From contig JBHGNT010000020.1 of the NCBI GenBank assembly GCA_043228905.1, positions 11,346,001-11,410,000 on the forward strand: a stretch of 64,000 nt of DNA. Direction: 5' to 3'. Under the pieces are notes generated by a model, which worked only from the letters and a program-made list of their open reading frames with translations, had not been told where the DNA came from and did no database searches. The translations under genes and the position numbers were made by a program. This stretch comes from Azolla caroliniana. Lineage: Eukaryota > Plantae > Polypodiophyta. Within the stretch, counting starts at the first letter, position 1. Each line of letters begins with the position of its first letter. Shown in pieces: positions 1 to 14,477 of the stretch.

Positions 1-129
1 TATATAGTGACTATCCTAGGGCAACTGCCCTTTATGCTATTTACAGAAATAGCCCAAACTTGGGCTATCCAAAGGGACAGTGTGAATACGACCATTATAC
101 ACTCATATTCGACACGAACTTCATTACTT

Positions 130-1628
130 CCTAGGAATCAAGGTCATTCGAACCGGCACCGGCATCATGCTCTCCTAATGCCACCACATATAGAATCTTC
201 TATTCAAGTTCGGCATGATGGACCACAAGCCAATCTTGACTCCCATCGACCCCAAATTGAACTCTAGCACACCATGTGAGCCGACTCAATATTGGCAAAT
301 CATCGGGAGTCTCATCTACCTAACTATCACCTGACCCAACCTGAGCTATCCGGTCGGCCTACTTAGCCTATTTATGTAAACACCATGAGACACATATTTG
401 CATTGTGCTAAGCAAATCTTACGATATGTTAGTAGGAGCATGGATTAGGGAACTTCGACAAGGAGTGAGCAATTATTCATCTAGAAGTATGCACAGATGC
501 ATATTGGGTTGGCAGTGTATCCAATCGACGGGCAACTTCTAGCTTCGTCTTCTCACTCAAAAGCGGAGAAATCTCATGGAGTAGCAAGAAGCAACATACA
601 GTTGTTCTATCGAGCCTTGAAGCCGAATACAGGGGCACAACCTTAGCCACCTACGAAGCCATTTGGTTGAAGTGACTACATGTAAAGGACTTTAATGAAT
701 CGGTCGTCGAACTTATATGTATCTTCTACGACAATCAAAGCAACATTCAGCTAGCCCGAAATCCGATATTTAATGCACGAACAAAACACGTAGAGGTACA
801 CTAACACTATGTTCGAGAGCACATCATTGATGCAGATATTGATATTCTCCACATCAGCATTGACCTACAGACGGCCGATATCTTCACCAAGGCCTTAGGA
901 GCAGACAAGCTTCAACAGTTTTCATTAGCACTCAGCCTTCGACCACTCAACACTACAAGCCTTCGTCACCGGCTTGAGGGGGAGGAACCAAAACTACCGA
1001 CTGGAAATGCTGAAAGCTTAAAGTGGGACAGGAGTCGACACGAGTCAGAAGCCAAAAGCGAGCCGGAACCGGAAGCCGAACAAGACGTCGGAGTCAACAC
1101 ACTTGAGCTTGAAGGGGCGTGTTGAGATATCAAGCTCAACTAGGTTTAGTTATTTTGTCAATTATATAACTTAATATTTACATAAGTAGAATCTAGTTAG
1201 TGTGTTGACTTTAAGCCCTTAAATAGGATTTTGCACTTGTACTTAAGTGGGATACATTCTAGATCCTCCACTCTCAAGTTCATTTAATATAGGACTTATA
1301 TCCTTGTACCTATATTCTCCTCACACGTGCACTCTTGCACATGAGATGTATATATACCTTCATTGTGGGCATTTTTGTAACTTGATGATGCTTATTAATA
1401 TAGAGAAAGGTCTTTAAGCTATACTCTTGTTAATCATCCCCCATAGTGTTCCTAAGTGTAACTTCCTCTTTCACACGTGCATCCACATACACACACATAT
1501 ATCACATAGTCTTCCATTGCTTAACCACATACGTGATTAACTACTCACATAATTTGATACTAGTTAACCCTTAGTCAAGTACCTAATTATTAACACATGC
1601 TCTAATATAGAAATAAAATTTTACAACA
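130..1628 (+). mobile_element. Degenerate Ty1/copia 3' portion (RT C-terminus, RNase H, PPT, 3' LTR ~1120-1628)
   Basis: Frameshifted translation gives TDA.W.G, SWSSKKQ..VVLSSLEAEYRG and TKHVEVH copia RNase H motifs. A PPT-like GAAGGGG precedes TGTTGAGATATCAAGCTCAAC at 1120, the same LTR start as at 46973 and 52967. The probable end is TTACAACA at 1628. Confidence 0.8.
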
Positions 1629-2659
1629 CATCTCAACGTAAATTAGGCACTTTTACTTCAAAAATGCTTGAAATTCGGGCATTGACTTCCAAGGGGCAAT
1701 GTAAACCAAATATTATTAAAGAAAACAAGAAAGTGAGACAAAAGTATGTCTTGTTGTTCTTTTGCTCTAAATGTAACTTTAAACAAAACTTTCCGAGACC
1801 TTGTATACATCTTCAACACTATATGTCCCCCATTATTGCATTAATCCTCTAGTAAACCCAATCTACCAATGGTATTTTCCATGTGAAGAAACAAATTATA
1901 CCTCCATCATAAAATATTCCGAAGGCTTTGAGGGTGTTCTTTTATGGTTCTCCACCTCTACAATATCCTTCAACTTTGTGTCAGCCAAATATCATTGTCA
2001 AGTAGAATGTCCTGGGTTGCTTGGTTATCAACTTCATGAAGTGCATTCCAACATTGTTCTCTTGTCTCTTCCTCACCTTTGGTCAAGATTTGTGTGTATG
2101 GTTGTTTAGGCACCATGTCTACTCCATGCTCTTCCATATTGGCTTCACTTGCCCTTGGTTTTTTTGAAGCTTTCTCAACAATCAATATATTATTCGACAA
2201 CAAAGAACTAGCCATTGTGATTATCGAAGCTTGTTTGGAAGTGGCTTCTATCTTTGGATTGTCCATAATGGTGTTTCCATACAAGAATTTTGATTAAAAT
2301 AGTGGACAAACATTGTCTTTGCCTTTTTTCTCACCAAAATTGAGCTCATCAAAACCACTTGTTATTGTCCACTTTGAATAAATAGATGTGTCCACCAACG
2401 AGCAGGTTATAGTTGAGTATTGATGACACATGATGTCCACATGGTGAGTGATTTTAACATGTGACCCCATCCATTGCATTCCTCTTATTTAGTGTTGTTT
2501 TATTCAAGAAACGGTTGTATATATGTATATTAGAGCCTTGATCCCCAATTTTCTAATTCATACGAGGTTATAGGCATGGTAATAAAGTTGCAACTTGGTT
2601 CACAAGTTTTAAAACTATATTTGCATGCGGTGTCACTCTAGTGCCCAAATGGATGCTTG

Positions 2660-2870
2660 TGCTCCTCAAGAGATAGTAGTTCTCAAAAAATATGGCACTC
2701 TAGGTTACTAAGGTTTGAAACAAGATGACTTTAATTTTCCCAACATTCACCGCGTCATTTCTATCTTCCCAAGATGGACATTCATGCTCCACAAGAGATA
2801 ATAATTCTTAAAAAACGTGGCACTCTAGCTTACTAAGGTCTAAAACAAGATGACTTTAATTTTCCCAACA
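2660..2870. repeat. Imperfect direct repeat, ~85 bp unit, period ~126 bp
   Basis: GCTCCTCAAGAGATAG...GATGACTTTAATTTTCCCAACA occurs at ~2660 and ~2786. Confidence 0.8.
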
Positions 2871-3898
2871 ATTACCATATTTCTATATTCTTACACTGTT
2901 GTGTCAGAAATGTGCACGACATGGTCCATCAATATATTTTTGAAAGCACAATCTATGTATTATGTATGAAAGCCTCATCTATGAAAAGGCCAAAATAAAT
3001 GGTTACATATGTTTGTTTCATTGAAATTTGTGCGAACATTTCTCTACAGTCGAGACTCACCACCCAAGGGAATGAATGGCAATGAACATAATATATACTT
3101 ACATCACACCATTAATTGGCTATCAAAATAGCCCACGCTCTTCACAAGACAAGGAGCAAGTCCGAATTTCGGCATACCTTTAGAAACCATCTTTATGCAA
3201 ACAAACAAGTTTTTAATATACACAGTAAAAGTGAAAATGAAAATGAAAAGGCCGCAAAGCACTATTGCGAAATAGTTTTAAGTCAGCTTTGCTGCGTTTG
3301 GAAAAAAAAGTGCATCGGCACCTAACTCGTACGAGCTTCGCATTAAATTCAAGGGGCATTTACGATAAGCTTCGCACAACTTCCCTCTTTATGGAATTAT
3401 ACATCGCACGTCAAGATGACAGAAGGAAAAGATTTTAAATCCATTGACCCTGCGTGACAAGAGTGTGGGCCTTTACTACACAACCATGTCATGTATGTCA
3501 ATGTCACATACAACTAGCTAATGCACACCTCACCTTAGGACTTACTTCCGAATCCCCATTACCACGAGGGTATAGAGACACTGACATGTTGACTCCTTTT
3601 ACTATTAACCACCACCAAAGAATCATTGAATGTGAACACGCACACATGCATGTAGGCATACCTATCTCTATGCATCATAATCTTTCACTTTGGACACAAC
3701 AAACACACTCAGTATAGTATTCAAGAGAGTAACAACAACTGTTCCTCTCTTTCTTTAACACTAATAAGTGTGATGCAACAAATAAAATCCATGGCTTTTT
3801 GAAAGAATAATATAGGAGTTTATATTGGATTCATACAGTAAAAGAAGACAACAAAAATCCAAGGAGAAAAAGAAAAAAATTTAACTCTTTGTTCTTTT

Positions 3899-6800
3899 TT
3901 ATGTTACAAGACTAATTCCAGCCTCAAGGAGACCAGTGGCCAAGATGGCATTTGCAGCTTGAGAAGGGTGAACACTATCAAAGAAGACATACTGGGTCGC
4001 GTTCGTGCAAGTCCCAATGCTAAGCCTGTTGCAAAGAATCGCGGTCTCAACTGCGCCAGTTCCGCAACATCCTCTCCTCGTCTCGGTGAATCCTACATAT
4101 GCAACAAAAAAAAGGTTATCGATAAATATATATTCAGTTCCGATGTATATAAAAAACAAGATTATCGATTGATACATGTTTGTTTCTGACATAAACAAAC
4201 AAGGTTATCAATCGATTGATATGCGTGTATGTTTCTGACATATACAACAAACAAAGTTATCGATCCATATATATAGATATATGTTTGTTTCTGACATATA
4301 CAACAAACAAAGTTATGGATCGATATATGTTCACTCATTCATAAAACATGCAATCTGTTATTGTGAGCATACTATAATATATACATACATACATACATAC
4401 ATACATACATACATACATACATACATACAAACCCTTAAAGAGTTCAATAGGTCAAAAAGATTGCCATATAGACTTACGGTCTACCAGGTGTCTTATATAG
4501 ACCTAGGATTATACATAAATGACAATAAATGGGCACATCCTGGCAGAATGGAGGATAAAAGAAAAGGCAATGAATAAGCCCCTATGGGTGGATAAATGTT
4601 AGGAGGGTAGTTACATCAATGCAGGCACAATATGCAATAAGAACCAATAGGTGGATACAATGTTACAATAAATGAGGCACCAACAGGTGCATAAATGTTT
4701 GCTATGCCCAATAATCAATCACATGGTAAGCACAATATATATAATGAGCATTAATGGCACATTAAAATGTGTGACAACCCTAAATGGATCACCAAACAGT
4801 GCCTAACATTTAATGCACTCTGTTTGGAAAATCAATGCCGAAAATGAAGAACACGAAAAGAAGGAATGATGATGGATGAGTTACCATTTGCAGCAGGGTT
4901 GTTTATGAGGTCAAGGAGACCTGTGTAGACATCAAAGTAGGCGATTTTGAGGCCCGGGAGTGAGGCCCCGAGGCGGCCAACTGTTTCGTTGAGGGCTACA
5001 TTGTAGTTGCTCGCAACCTTGTTTAGGCTCTCGACACAACCAGATGAGCTCCGGGAGACGGTGAGCTCCAATGGTACGCACCCGAACGGGGGGAGGGACA
5101 CCACACCTATCCTTCTTGCACCATGGTGGTAGAGATTCTACAAAAAAACAAAAAATCGGGCCCATTTCGATGTGTTATAGGTCTCATTAACAAGAAGGGA
5201 GGATGATTTCGTTCAAGAGAATGAAAGAAGAAAGCAACGATTGATTTCTCCTCGATCAATTGATCCAATTATCAATCCCCTGACACATTAATGGAAAGGT
5301 CCAACAATTATAATACATTTTTGGGCAAATCAAACCTGAATGAATTTGGTCTGGAGCTCCAACACAATTTGGCTGAATTGCGAGACGGTATACAGCTTCT
5401 TGAGGCGAGGATTGATGAAATAGTTCTGCAAGAAGTCGCTATTCCCCGCGCTAACAACATAGAGTGAGCCATTGATGATGCTTGATGCATTCTCTGGCCC
5501 AACAATTCCAAGCAGCTTCTCCTTGTACTCGCTGAATAGATCCAATTGCTGGTTCATCGTGATCACATTCTATACACAATCGTGCAATCATTAATGTGAA
5601 ATTTTACATTAAATTGCTTGTAATTGTAGCATTTTAAGAGCAACAGAGTATGAATTTCAAATGACTTGACTAATTCGAGTTTGTGCAGTCATCATATGTA
5701 CTAATCCAGCAAATAAATACATGCATCAACTAGCATATTACATACAGCACATCATCAATTAGAGGATCCATTAATCGAAGCTTTGATTAAAAAGATACAC
5801 AGTTAAGAGGACTGCGTAATCGGCGCACTGGATTTGTTAGAGAAGCCATTAGAGGGTTAATTGCATCCTTCAATCGGAAAATAAACCAATTAATCAGAGC
5901 ACTGATTCATTAGAAGGAACGATTAATTTCAGGACTAATTATGAGAGATAAACTTAGATAGATAACTAATTATGCAGATGGATTCTTTTCATGGGGGAAA
6001 AACATATCCATATACCACTATAGTGAATGAGAATCTACACACATGCATTGCATGCGTATGCTCAGAAAACCCACCCACAGATATACTTACAAAGTGTTGG
6101 GCAGTGCTGTCATAGAAGCCAGAGCCTCCTGAGCCGAAGTTAGCTCCCAGGGTGAGGTTAACTCCTGAGTTTCGGGACTGCAGATATGGCAGTGGGAAGC
6201 TCTCAAACCCAAGAAGCGCAGCTTCATCATGAGCATTACCAGAAAAAAAAAGAAAAAAAAAATTGCCATTTTCAGTCGAGCACCATAACAAAATCAGTGC
6301 TTTAGTAAAAGCAATCATACAATGGCGCTAATGCAAGTTTAGGAGGGAAATCGTATCAGTGAAGAAATCAAAACAGATAAGCAAAAACTAGAATGGAGAT
6401 CGAAAAACAGAAAAAAAAAAATTGGCATTTTCAGTCGAGCACCATAACAAAATCAGTGCTTTAGTAAAAGCAATCATACAATGGCGCTAATGTAAGTTTA
6501 GGAGGGAAATCGTATCAGGGAAGAAATCAAAACAGATAAGCAAAACTAGAATGGAGATCGAATGAAGAAAATGGAGTGAGAGAGAGAGAGAGGGATAGAG
6601 ATTTGTTGGGGGGGGGTTTTGTTTTTACCAGTGTAATCAAGAGCGATTCGGCCATCGCAGAACCTGCCAGTGGGCTGCCGGGTGTCGAAATCTCTACCGT
6701 AGGGATAGAAATCGGCCTTGAGGATAGTGTTGAGGTAGTTGTTGTTGCCGACGTCCACAGAGGAGTCTCCGAAGATGTAGAGCGCAGGGACGAGGGGCTG

Positions 6801-6905
6801 AGCGAGGGAAGGGGTGAGGAGGAAGGAGGAGGAGGAGATGGCGATGGCGATGGAGAATGAGACGAAGGCACGAAGAAGCAAAGTCAGAGAAGAAGAAGAA
6901 GCCAT
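3899..6905 (-). CDS. GDSL/SGNH esterase-lipase (APG-like), 5 exons, 362 aa, with signal peptide
   Basis: Exons are 6629-6905, 6091-6221, 5336-5569, 4885-5137 and 3899-4092 (1089 nt), all GT-AG with consistent phases. Motifs: [49 protein letters not shown] and FFDSVHPS. The N-terminus is hydrophobic. Confidence 0.95.
4100..4430. repeat. Intronic imperfect tandem repeat (~45-55 bp unit) and (TACA)n microsatellite
   Basis: Repeated TGTTTCTGACATATACAACAAACAAAGTTAT units; (ATAC)n at 4381-4428. Confidence 0.7.
6261..6562. repeat. Tandem duplication (~160 bp period) in GDSL intron 1
   Basis: CATTTTCAGTCGAGCACCATAAC...GAATGGAGATCGAA is present twice, nearly identical. Confidence 0.9.
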
Positions 6906-7692
6906 AGCTCTGTTTCTGCTCTGTTTCTGCTCTGTTTCTGTTTCTGTTGAGTTATGGAGAACAGAGGAATTGATTGAAGGTTATGTTTATGTTGAGTTAT
7001 GGAGTGAGTGCATGCCAATGAATGAGAGAGAGAGAGAGAGAGAGAGACAGTAAAAATACACATGAACACATACATGTAGAACTTATAAGTAATATATAGT
7101 ATATACAAATGTGTGTGTGTGTGTGTTTGGATGAAGAAGAAGAAAGAAGAAAGAAGAAATCAAAGGCATGAATCAATGCCCAGAAGGAGGAGTAATCAAT
7201 CAATGCATATACATACCATCATGATGATATTTGTTTGTTATTTTGTTTGTTGTTGTGTGTTGGTGGTTGACAGTTGTTGTGTGTTGTTTGGGTGGATGGA
7301 TGGATGGACTAGATTTGGGTGGGCCCCACAACACGTACGAGCTGATGACCAAATGGGCGGGCATGCATGCATGCGAACTCACAATACGAATGGGTATGGA
7401 TGAAATAGGTGGGCGCGGGTTGACGAATGAATTGGACGGGTGGGCGGCTGGATGGGTGGACAAACAGACAGACAAAATGGACGGTGGGTGCCTGGGCAAG
7501 TGAATGGGGTACACTGACAAATGGAGGGTGGATGGATTGACGGACGGACAAAATGGGTGTTGGGTGGGTACGTGGACAAATGGAAGGGTAGGTGGACACA
7601 TGAGTGTGGGTGGGCGCACGAATGGGTGGGTACGCGGACAAATGCATGGGTAGGTGGACAAATTAGTGGATTTACAAAATGGGTGGATAGAG

Positions 7693-7694
<2 letters not shown>

Positions 7695-7751
<57 letters not shown>

Positions 7752-7778
7752 CGTGTGTGTGAGAGAGAGAGAGAGAGA
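7695..7778. repeat. (GT)n(GA)n microsatellite upstream of the GDSL gene
   Basis: Read directly from the sequence. Confidence 0.95.
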
Positions 7779-10700
7779 ACTCACAATTATATCAATAAAT
7801 GTGTGTGAAAAACACTACATACTTACAGTGGGTGTCACAATAGAGTATGGTGACCCACTAACTACATGGGTAGTGCTCTCTCTCCCTTTCTTTATGTGTG
7901 TGTGTGTGTGTCCATCCACCCATTTGTCCACCCACATCCATAAAACGCTAACACACATATGTAGCAAACACATGAGGTTCTACAACATGTCCACACGTCC
8001 TACAATCTTCTCAGTTGTGTCTTCAATCATCGACCATTGATCCTCGCAATCATCGACTCTTTCCATGTGGTTGAGGGGGTATCGAAACACAATCGTGAAA
8101 CCTCCTTTCAATTTTGTGATATTTTGTCAATATCTCCTATCATTTCTTGCATGACAGCTTCGCCACTTTCTTGTGTTGAACTCTTTAAATGATGAGTCGT
8201 CCTTCGCACCTCCCATTTATGTGCTCTTCTATCTTTCTTTCTTTCTTTCGTTCGTTCATTTCATTCATTGCCTTCTTCGAAGTATGAGTGCTTTTTTACC
8301 CACTACAATTCTCACCTCCTACTCATATGCATCACCTTGTACATAGATAGTTGACATCTGTGGAGATTTGGATATGTTGCTCTTGAATCTACTTGAAACA
8401 TATCAATTCTTTATCATGTACCATTCCTTAAGCATGTGCATGCAAGTATATATGTGGATGTAGAACACTGAGATTTCAGCTTGACTAAATTATACTAGGC
8501 TCTTTGTTCTATTTGCATTGCAATACGATCTATATAGACGTCATCTTTATCGATAACCATGACTAAAATTGTAGCTAAACTTAGTTTTTCTATGCATGGT
8601 TCCTTGGTGGGTTCTCGATTCGTTCGAAACTGAAGGCGTTTGTTTAACTGTCTGTGCAGGGTCCATCGCCCGCTTTCTACAAGGCATGCGGAAAGTGATG
8701 TCCCCATTTTATATTTTTACAATCAATTATAATTAAAAGAAACTCCTTTCATTTCCTTGAGTGTATTTCTCCTTTGTCCAACATGTTATAATTGTGATGC
8801 ATGTGTATGGTTTGTCCTAGGAAACAATGGTTTTGGATCACAACAAGATCAAACTTACAGAAGGAATTACTCTACCATGAATTATGATATTTTAAGGATA
8901 TGAGCATTTATCACCTTCCCTAAATCATGATTGGACCAAATAACCCAAATCTCAAAGTTTGATGGAACCAACTTCCTTAAAAAATGTTCTGATGGCACAA
9001 TGAAGGTATGGATTTTGTAATATTGAGCATACACCTTCCCTCGTATTAAGAGTAATATCAAGACCACCCCTTGTAATCTTGAAAGTACAGAATTTGAGAG
9101 AGAAACAAGGAAACCTAGTGAGTGTATTTGATTGATCATAGTGTGATTATTGTTAAACCACTTTACTTACACTGCCTTTTAAATGTTGGAAGTTTGAACT
9201 TTGGATATTATTCCTTGATGTAAGGGATATGTTTCATATATTTACATTTGTGTTCTGAGAAAGGCTACATCAACAATTACAGAACTTTTCTAGCTTGTGC
9301 TCTGTAAAAAAAGAAGATTACCTACAATCTGGAGACTTGGTGATATTGGGCTAGTCATTGGTTAAGTTTCGATGTTTTGATTTGACAAGTTGCACAACAT
9401 TAAACATCTGTTTATTTATGTACTTGGTATCCCCCACTCTGTACACTATCTAGAAAATATTTCATATCTAGAAAATTTCCTTGATGTAAATAAATGAAAA
9501 TTTGTTGGGTCGTACATAATACATTTTCCATTAGGGATATAAGTTTATTCTCTTCATGGCTCGTCGAGAAGTTCAAGATAAATCACCGTGAAACCATTGA
9601 GGCATACATATTTAAATACATCAATTATACAATGTCGAAAAACACTTGGGTGGCTGATAATATCCAATTGCATTACTAACATTTTTCAAAGTGCTAGTGA
9701 GTCGGGCCACAATTGTGAAATCATCTTCCATTCCTTTTATTGTCTAAAATTTAGTGGACATCCTTGGTCTCCCACTAAAGAGCAATCTTGCTTTTCTCTT
9801 GCTGTATAGATGAACACCATATTTGGAGATGCAATGGATTAGTTACTAAACTTTTGTGTGATGGAAAGAGAACTTGTTAGCATAGAATATGATCATCCTT
9901 TAATTGCATTGGGATTACCCGAATTGTTTAACTTCATGTTCTTATTGGTTCCTTGAGAAACTCAATTTGTCATCGAGATAGATTGCCACAAAGGCACTCC
10001 TAGAATATATTGATGATTAGATATAGCAAAATTATTTTCATCGATTTAATGACGACCCCCAAAGCAATGAGGATTTTGAAGTGCTCACATCTAATACAAG
10101 AAGTCACACTTTCCATCTATCTCGTTCTCAAATATCAACTAGACTATGTGCTTTGAATAGATAAAACTATGATGAGGATTCTCTATTTTCTAAAAATTAA
10201 AGAACAAATTCTTTCCATGAGATTATTGATCTCCCCTCTTGGTAAGCTTCACGTATGCAAACAAAACTCTTTCCAGAAATATATGATTAATGTTATGGTT
10301 GGTGACTCCATATGGTAGATGAATGTCATCGACATGTTTTCATTAATGTACAAATAACTAAAACAAATAAAATGTATGTACTTTGATTGAAAGGGAAAAT
10401 CGGTCCAACTCAAATAATGAACAAGAAACGAGGATGCACACTGCCTGCCATCGCTACGTCAATTGGATGGCAAGTGGAGAAACAATGAGTTTTTCGATCT
10501 TTAGGACTTCATGAGTTAAATGATCAATCCATATTAGCTAGTTATAGGTGCTTCATAGATTATTGGATGGGACCCAAAATGCCCCATTACAAGCCTCCTA
10601 AAGTTCCACATTCAATGTTCCTTTTTGCATTGACATATGTTGTTGTTGCCAGTTGGGTTTCACTTTTATTTAATAATGTAATGATATTGGTGCAATGATG

Positions 10701-12429
10701 ATGAGAATCATGGTTCTCCATATATTGGGATACTTTGCTAAGTAATGTGCCCTTATTGTGCATGGAAAAAGTTGGAAATTGTGAGGAAATAACAAATGTT
10801 CTAGGTTCTTAGTTGATAAGTTTTATTATTGCATTTTATTGGGTTCCCTTTTACAGATATTTCCTCAAATGTTTCGGTGGAGGAGGATAAAGTTTTCCTC
10901 GACACTTCTCATAGCATCATAGAGGTGTTTGTATTAGCTAAGAGCTTTTACTTGTTTCTCAATGAAAGGGGACTACGTCACAATACTTGGTTTATGTGAT
11001 GCTGAAATGACTTACGAGGATCATCTAAAGTTTATGACTTCCAAAAGATGAGTGGCACCTTTGCTCCCATTTCCGTAGCTCCTGGAAACTATTTCATCCT
11101 CTCCTTTTAAATCGAGTATTTACTCCAAACAATTTATTTGCTAAAATATGAAAACATAACTAACAAAGTTTTTATTGCTACTTTCATTTATTATTCTTTT
11201 TTTCATTTGTACATGGTCCTAGGAGACATTAGTGTTTATTTCTATATTATGAGAATGTTGTTTTGGGATAATACCACAACTACCCCTACTCAAGTCATTG
11301 TGCTAATGTGTGGATTATAAGTATTCAATAATATAGTGAATAATTGTATGGACATATTAGCAGTAGTATCAAATTGATGTAGGAAACACATGCCAACTCA
11401 TTAGAATATCGTAATTCTAGGAAGTTAGGATTTGAAAGGGTAGAAGTTGTAGCTTGAATACGTGTTTGATGGATATTATTTTGAGACATCTCAAAATTGT
11501 ACCTATAAAACAAGAAAATTGCAATCTTGCCTTGATGATAAAAGAGTAAGGAGGATTCAACCATAATTGTTTAAGTGTATAGAGGAATTGCAAAAAATTA
11601 ATAATCTAATATGAAAGTGTGACTAAATTTTGGTTGTTTGAGATTCGTTTGTAACTTGACCCTATGTTATAAAGGGCACTTACACAATCCAATAGAAATA
11701 AATATTTAAATTTTAAGACTAGGACAAAGGGTCAATTTTTGCAATAAGATATTGGCCATCCCATTTTCATGAAAACACACAGGTGCATGTGAATGTCAAG
11801 CGGGATCATCGAGAACCACGGAAGATGGCATTGTTGTGACATGGTGAGTACAGAGGGAGAAAAGTTTTGGAATTCAAGTTTATGATATGTTAAGTGTTTG
11901 TTGAAGATGCAACATTGAGGAGATGAAACTCAATCAATGATTGACGTTTGCTAGAGTAACAAGATTTAACACTTAGAATGATAAAGGCCAAGGCTTTGAA
12001 CCTTGCTAGGACCTCTGAAGGGAATACATGAAGAAGCCCGAGGACAAGAGGCAATGTGGCCATCGATAGTAGATTCTACACCGAAACTCAATGATAGCTT
12101 TGTCAGAAATCTTGATGGAATTTTCATTTTCTCTAATTCATACACTCATGTAATGGGTGGAGGTTATTGACCTCATGTGTACCTTGTTCCAACTTTTGAG
12201 AACTTTTGAGAACTAATATAAAATTTCTTAACTTCAACTGTATACAATTAGAAGACCTAATGTAGTAGTGTGATTCTTTGTTGAACAAAAATTGCGGCAA
12301 AATTTTACATGTATATGTACTTGTGCATGTGTATAGTGATTATGTGTAAATGGATGTGTAAATAGAAATGGGGCAATGGTAAGGGAAATGTTGACACCTA
12401 GTCATGATAAGAGTTCCTTGGCTTCATTA

Positions 12430-12900
12430 ACTTCCAACTCCTCCTATCTGCCTCAATCTTCCCCACAAAACCACATCAACTGATGATATCTTCTACTAAG
12501 AATATGCAAACGGATATCATAGTCTTGTTTCTTAGAGCTCTTCCGTCCACTTGGTTTATAAGATCCTTTGTTGCCAACACCAAGTACCTCATTTGTTTTA
12601 ATCCCATGGGCATAACCAGTAAATCCATAATCCTTTTATAGTGCATTTGTCGTGGGAATGTTGGGTAAAAACCACCATCATGTCACACATTCGAGTATAA
12701 TTAGCAAGTCTCGCTCGTCTCCACGAATCGTGACACAACTTTGTACATTCTTAGCTACTAATATATTTCCTTAAGCTTTGTGAATGTTGTTGAAGTGATT
12801 CTATGTCTTTGCCCAATGCCTATTATGACATTCTATTGACAAAATAGTTTGTTCTTCTTGCTAACACAATGTCCTTAATCGTGCTTCCAATCTCTTCTTC
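12430..12900 (-). mobile_element. Highly degraded Ty3/gypsy integrase remnant
   Basis: Broken minus-strand translation: ECH..HWA...MYKVVSRFVET.ETC, MPMG..MRYLVLA.KDL.NQV.GRAL.NKT, FLVEDII...GKI.ADR. These resemble the zinc-binding and core integrase motifs. Confidence 0.55.
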
Positions 12901-13441
12901 TAGTGTCTCCATAGACATGCTCCATTCAAGGAGTACTTGTAAGTCTCCTTCTGGATCTTTTATGCCTCTGACTCTCTAGACCATGAGGCATCTGCATTCA
13001 TCAATATTTGGGCTTTACCTATGAGTAACCATTCCCCTATTTATTCATTGTTTGGATAGTTTGCATTTAAGGGCAAACAATGAAAAATACGCTAGTCTAT
13101 ATAAAGTAGATTAGATTCTCAATTGAGTGGTATGAGTCAAAACATGACAAAATGAGAGGGGTAGGAGAGGAGATCAAATAATGACACACCACGACATGAA
13201 ATCAAGAACCACTACGGTTATCACTCTGACAAGGAGTAGTGCCACTAGGATTTCGAGGTGTAAACATTGATATTGTCACCATTTTCCAAACCATCTATTC
13301 ATGTTTGACCACAATAGCTCAAGGACACCAAATACTACAACAAAATATGGCCTTCAAAACACACAATTTGTAAATAACCGAAGTAGAGCAACCCTTATGA
13401 TGTAGCGCTCTGTCTCCCTCTTAGTTTCTCATTCTAAGGCA

Positions 13442-14203
13442 TAGGGATCAACAACGGTTCGGTTTAGGCTTAGCCGGTTTGTCCTGATCCAAGCCAAACC
13501 GGCTAAGCCTAAACCGTTTACGGGATCTCAAACATGAGCCGAACCAATTCACAAACCGGTTTAGGCTAAACCGGTTTGTTCAACGGCTTGGAAACCTCTC
13601 TCTCTCCCTACCTCCCTCCCTCTCTCTCTCATATGATCAAGTATATACTATATACTGTATACTATATAGTATACATTGTACAAGCTCTCCCTCCCACTCT
13701 CTCTCTCCCCCCTTCGTGTAGTCTCTCTCTATCTCCCCTCTATGTAGTTTCTCTCTCTCTCTCCTTATCTGTTGTCTCCCTCCCTCACTCCCTCCCTCAC
13801 TCACTCACTCACTCACTCTCCCATCGTCTGTTTAGTCTCCCTCACTCACTCACTCACTGAATCTCCCATCGTCTGTTTAGTCTCCCTCACTCTCCCTCAC
13901 TCCCTCACTCTCTTTCTTTCCCCTTGTCTATTGTCTCCCTCCCTCTCTCTCTTTCTCTCTCTCCCCCTCTCTCTAAAGTTTATAAACGACTTAAACGGTT
14001 TAGCCGGCTTGAGCCGGTTTGGTGAGGCTCAAGCCAAGCCGAGCCGAGCTCAAACCGTTAAGGCAAGTTCAAGCCTAAACCGAGCCGAGCCGAGCCGAGC
14101 TCAAACCGTTAAGGCAAGTTCAAGCCTAAACCGAGCCGAGCCGAGCCGCTAAGCCGGCTAAGCTAAACGGTTTAGGCTTGAGCCAAGCTGTTGCTGATCC
14201 CTA
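13442..14203 (+). mobile_element. Non-autonomous hAT-type DNA transposon (MITE), copy 1
   Basis: TIRs TAGGGATCAACAAC / GTTGCTGATCCCTA; 8-bp TSD CTAAGGCA / CTAAGGTA. It has subterminal AAACCG and GAGCC motif arrays, a CT-rich core, and an internal ~48 bp tandem duplication near 14040-14150. Confidence 0.9.
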
Positions 14204-14477
14204 CTAAGGTAGGATTTTGTTTAGTGCTCTTTGAACCCAACCCTAATCCTCTCTTTCTTGTATGTGTGTTGGTGATAGCCACTAATAGAAGCATGGTTGG
14301 TTTTTGTGTGTGCATATATTTGATCGTTTAGATAACTAACACCACTGAGGACTGCACATGGTCGCTCACCTAGTATCCGGTGAGGACAACACATGTTTTC
14401 TCACGCCCGTCGGTACTCCACTTCCCGCTCACCCCTACACCATGCTTTTGAAAAGGCGGCCATAAAGGGGAGGATAA

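Noticed and set aside
1800-2480. Short minus-strand ORFs of 104 and 61 aa
   Set aside because: No recognisable domain. They are possibly a decayed TE but cannot be assigned.
7113-8040. ORFs with HTHT, VCVC and ERER runs (also at 43772-44725)
   Set aside because: These are translations of microsatellites and low-complexity repeats.
8100-11600. AT-rich region with short ORFs
   Set aside because: No motif, terminal repeat or splice pattern that I can support. It needs a BLASTX or RepeatMasker search.
11985-12020. B-box-like GCAAGGTTCAAAGCC on the minus strand
   Set aside because: No convincing A-box or element boundaries.
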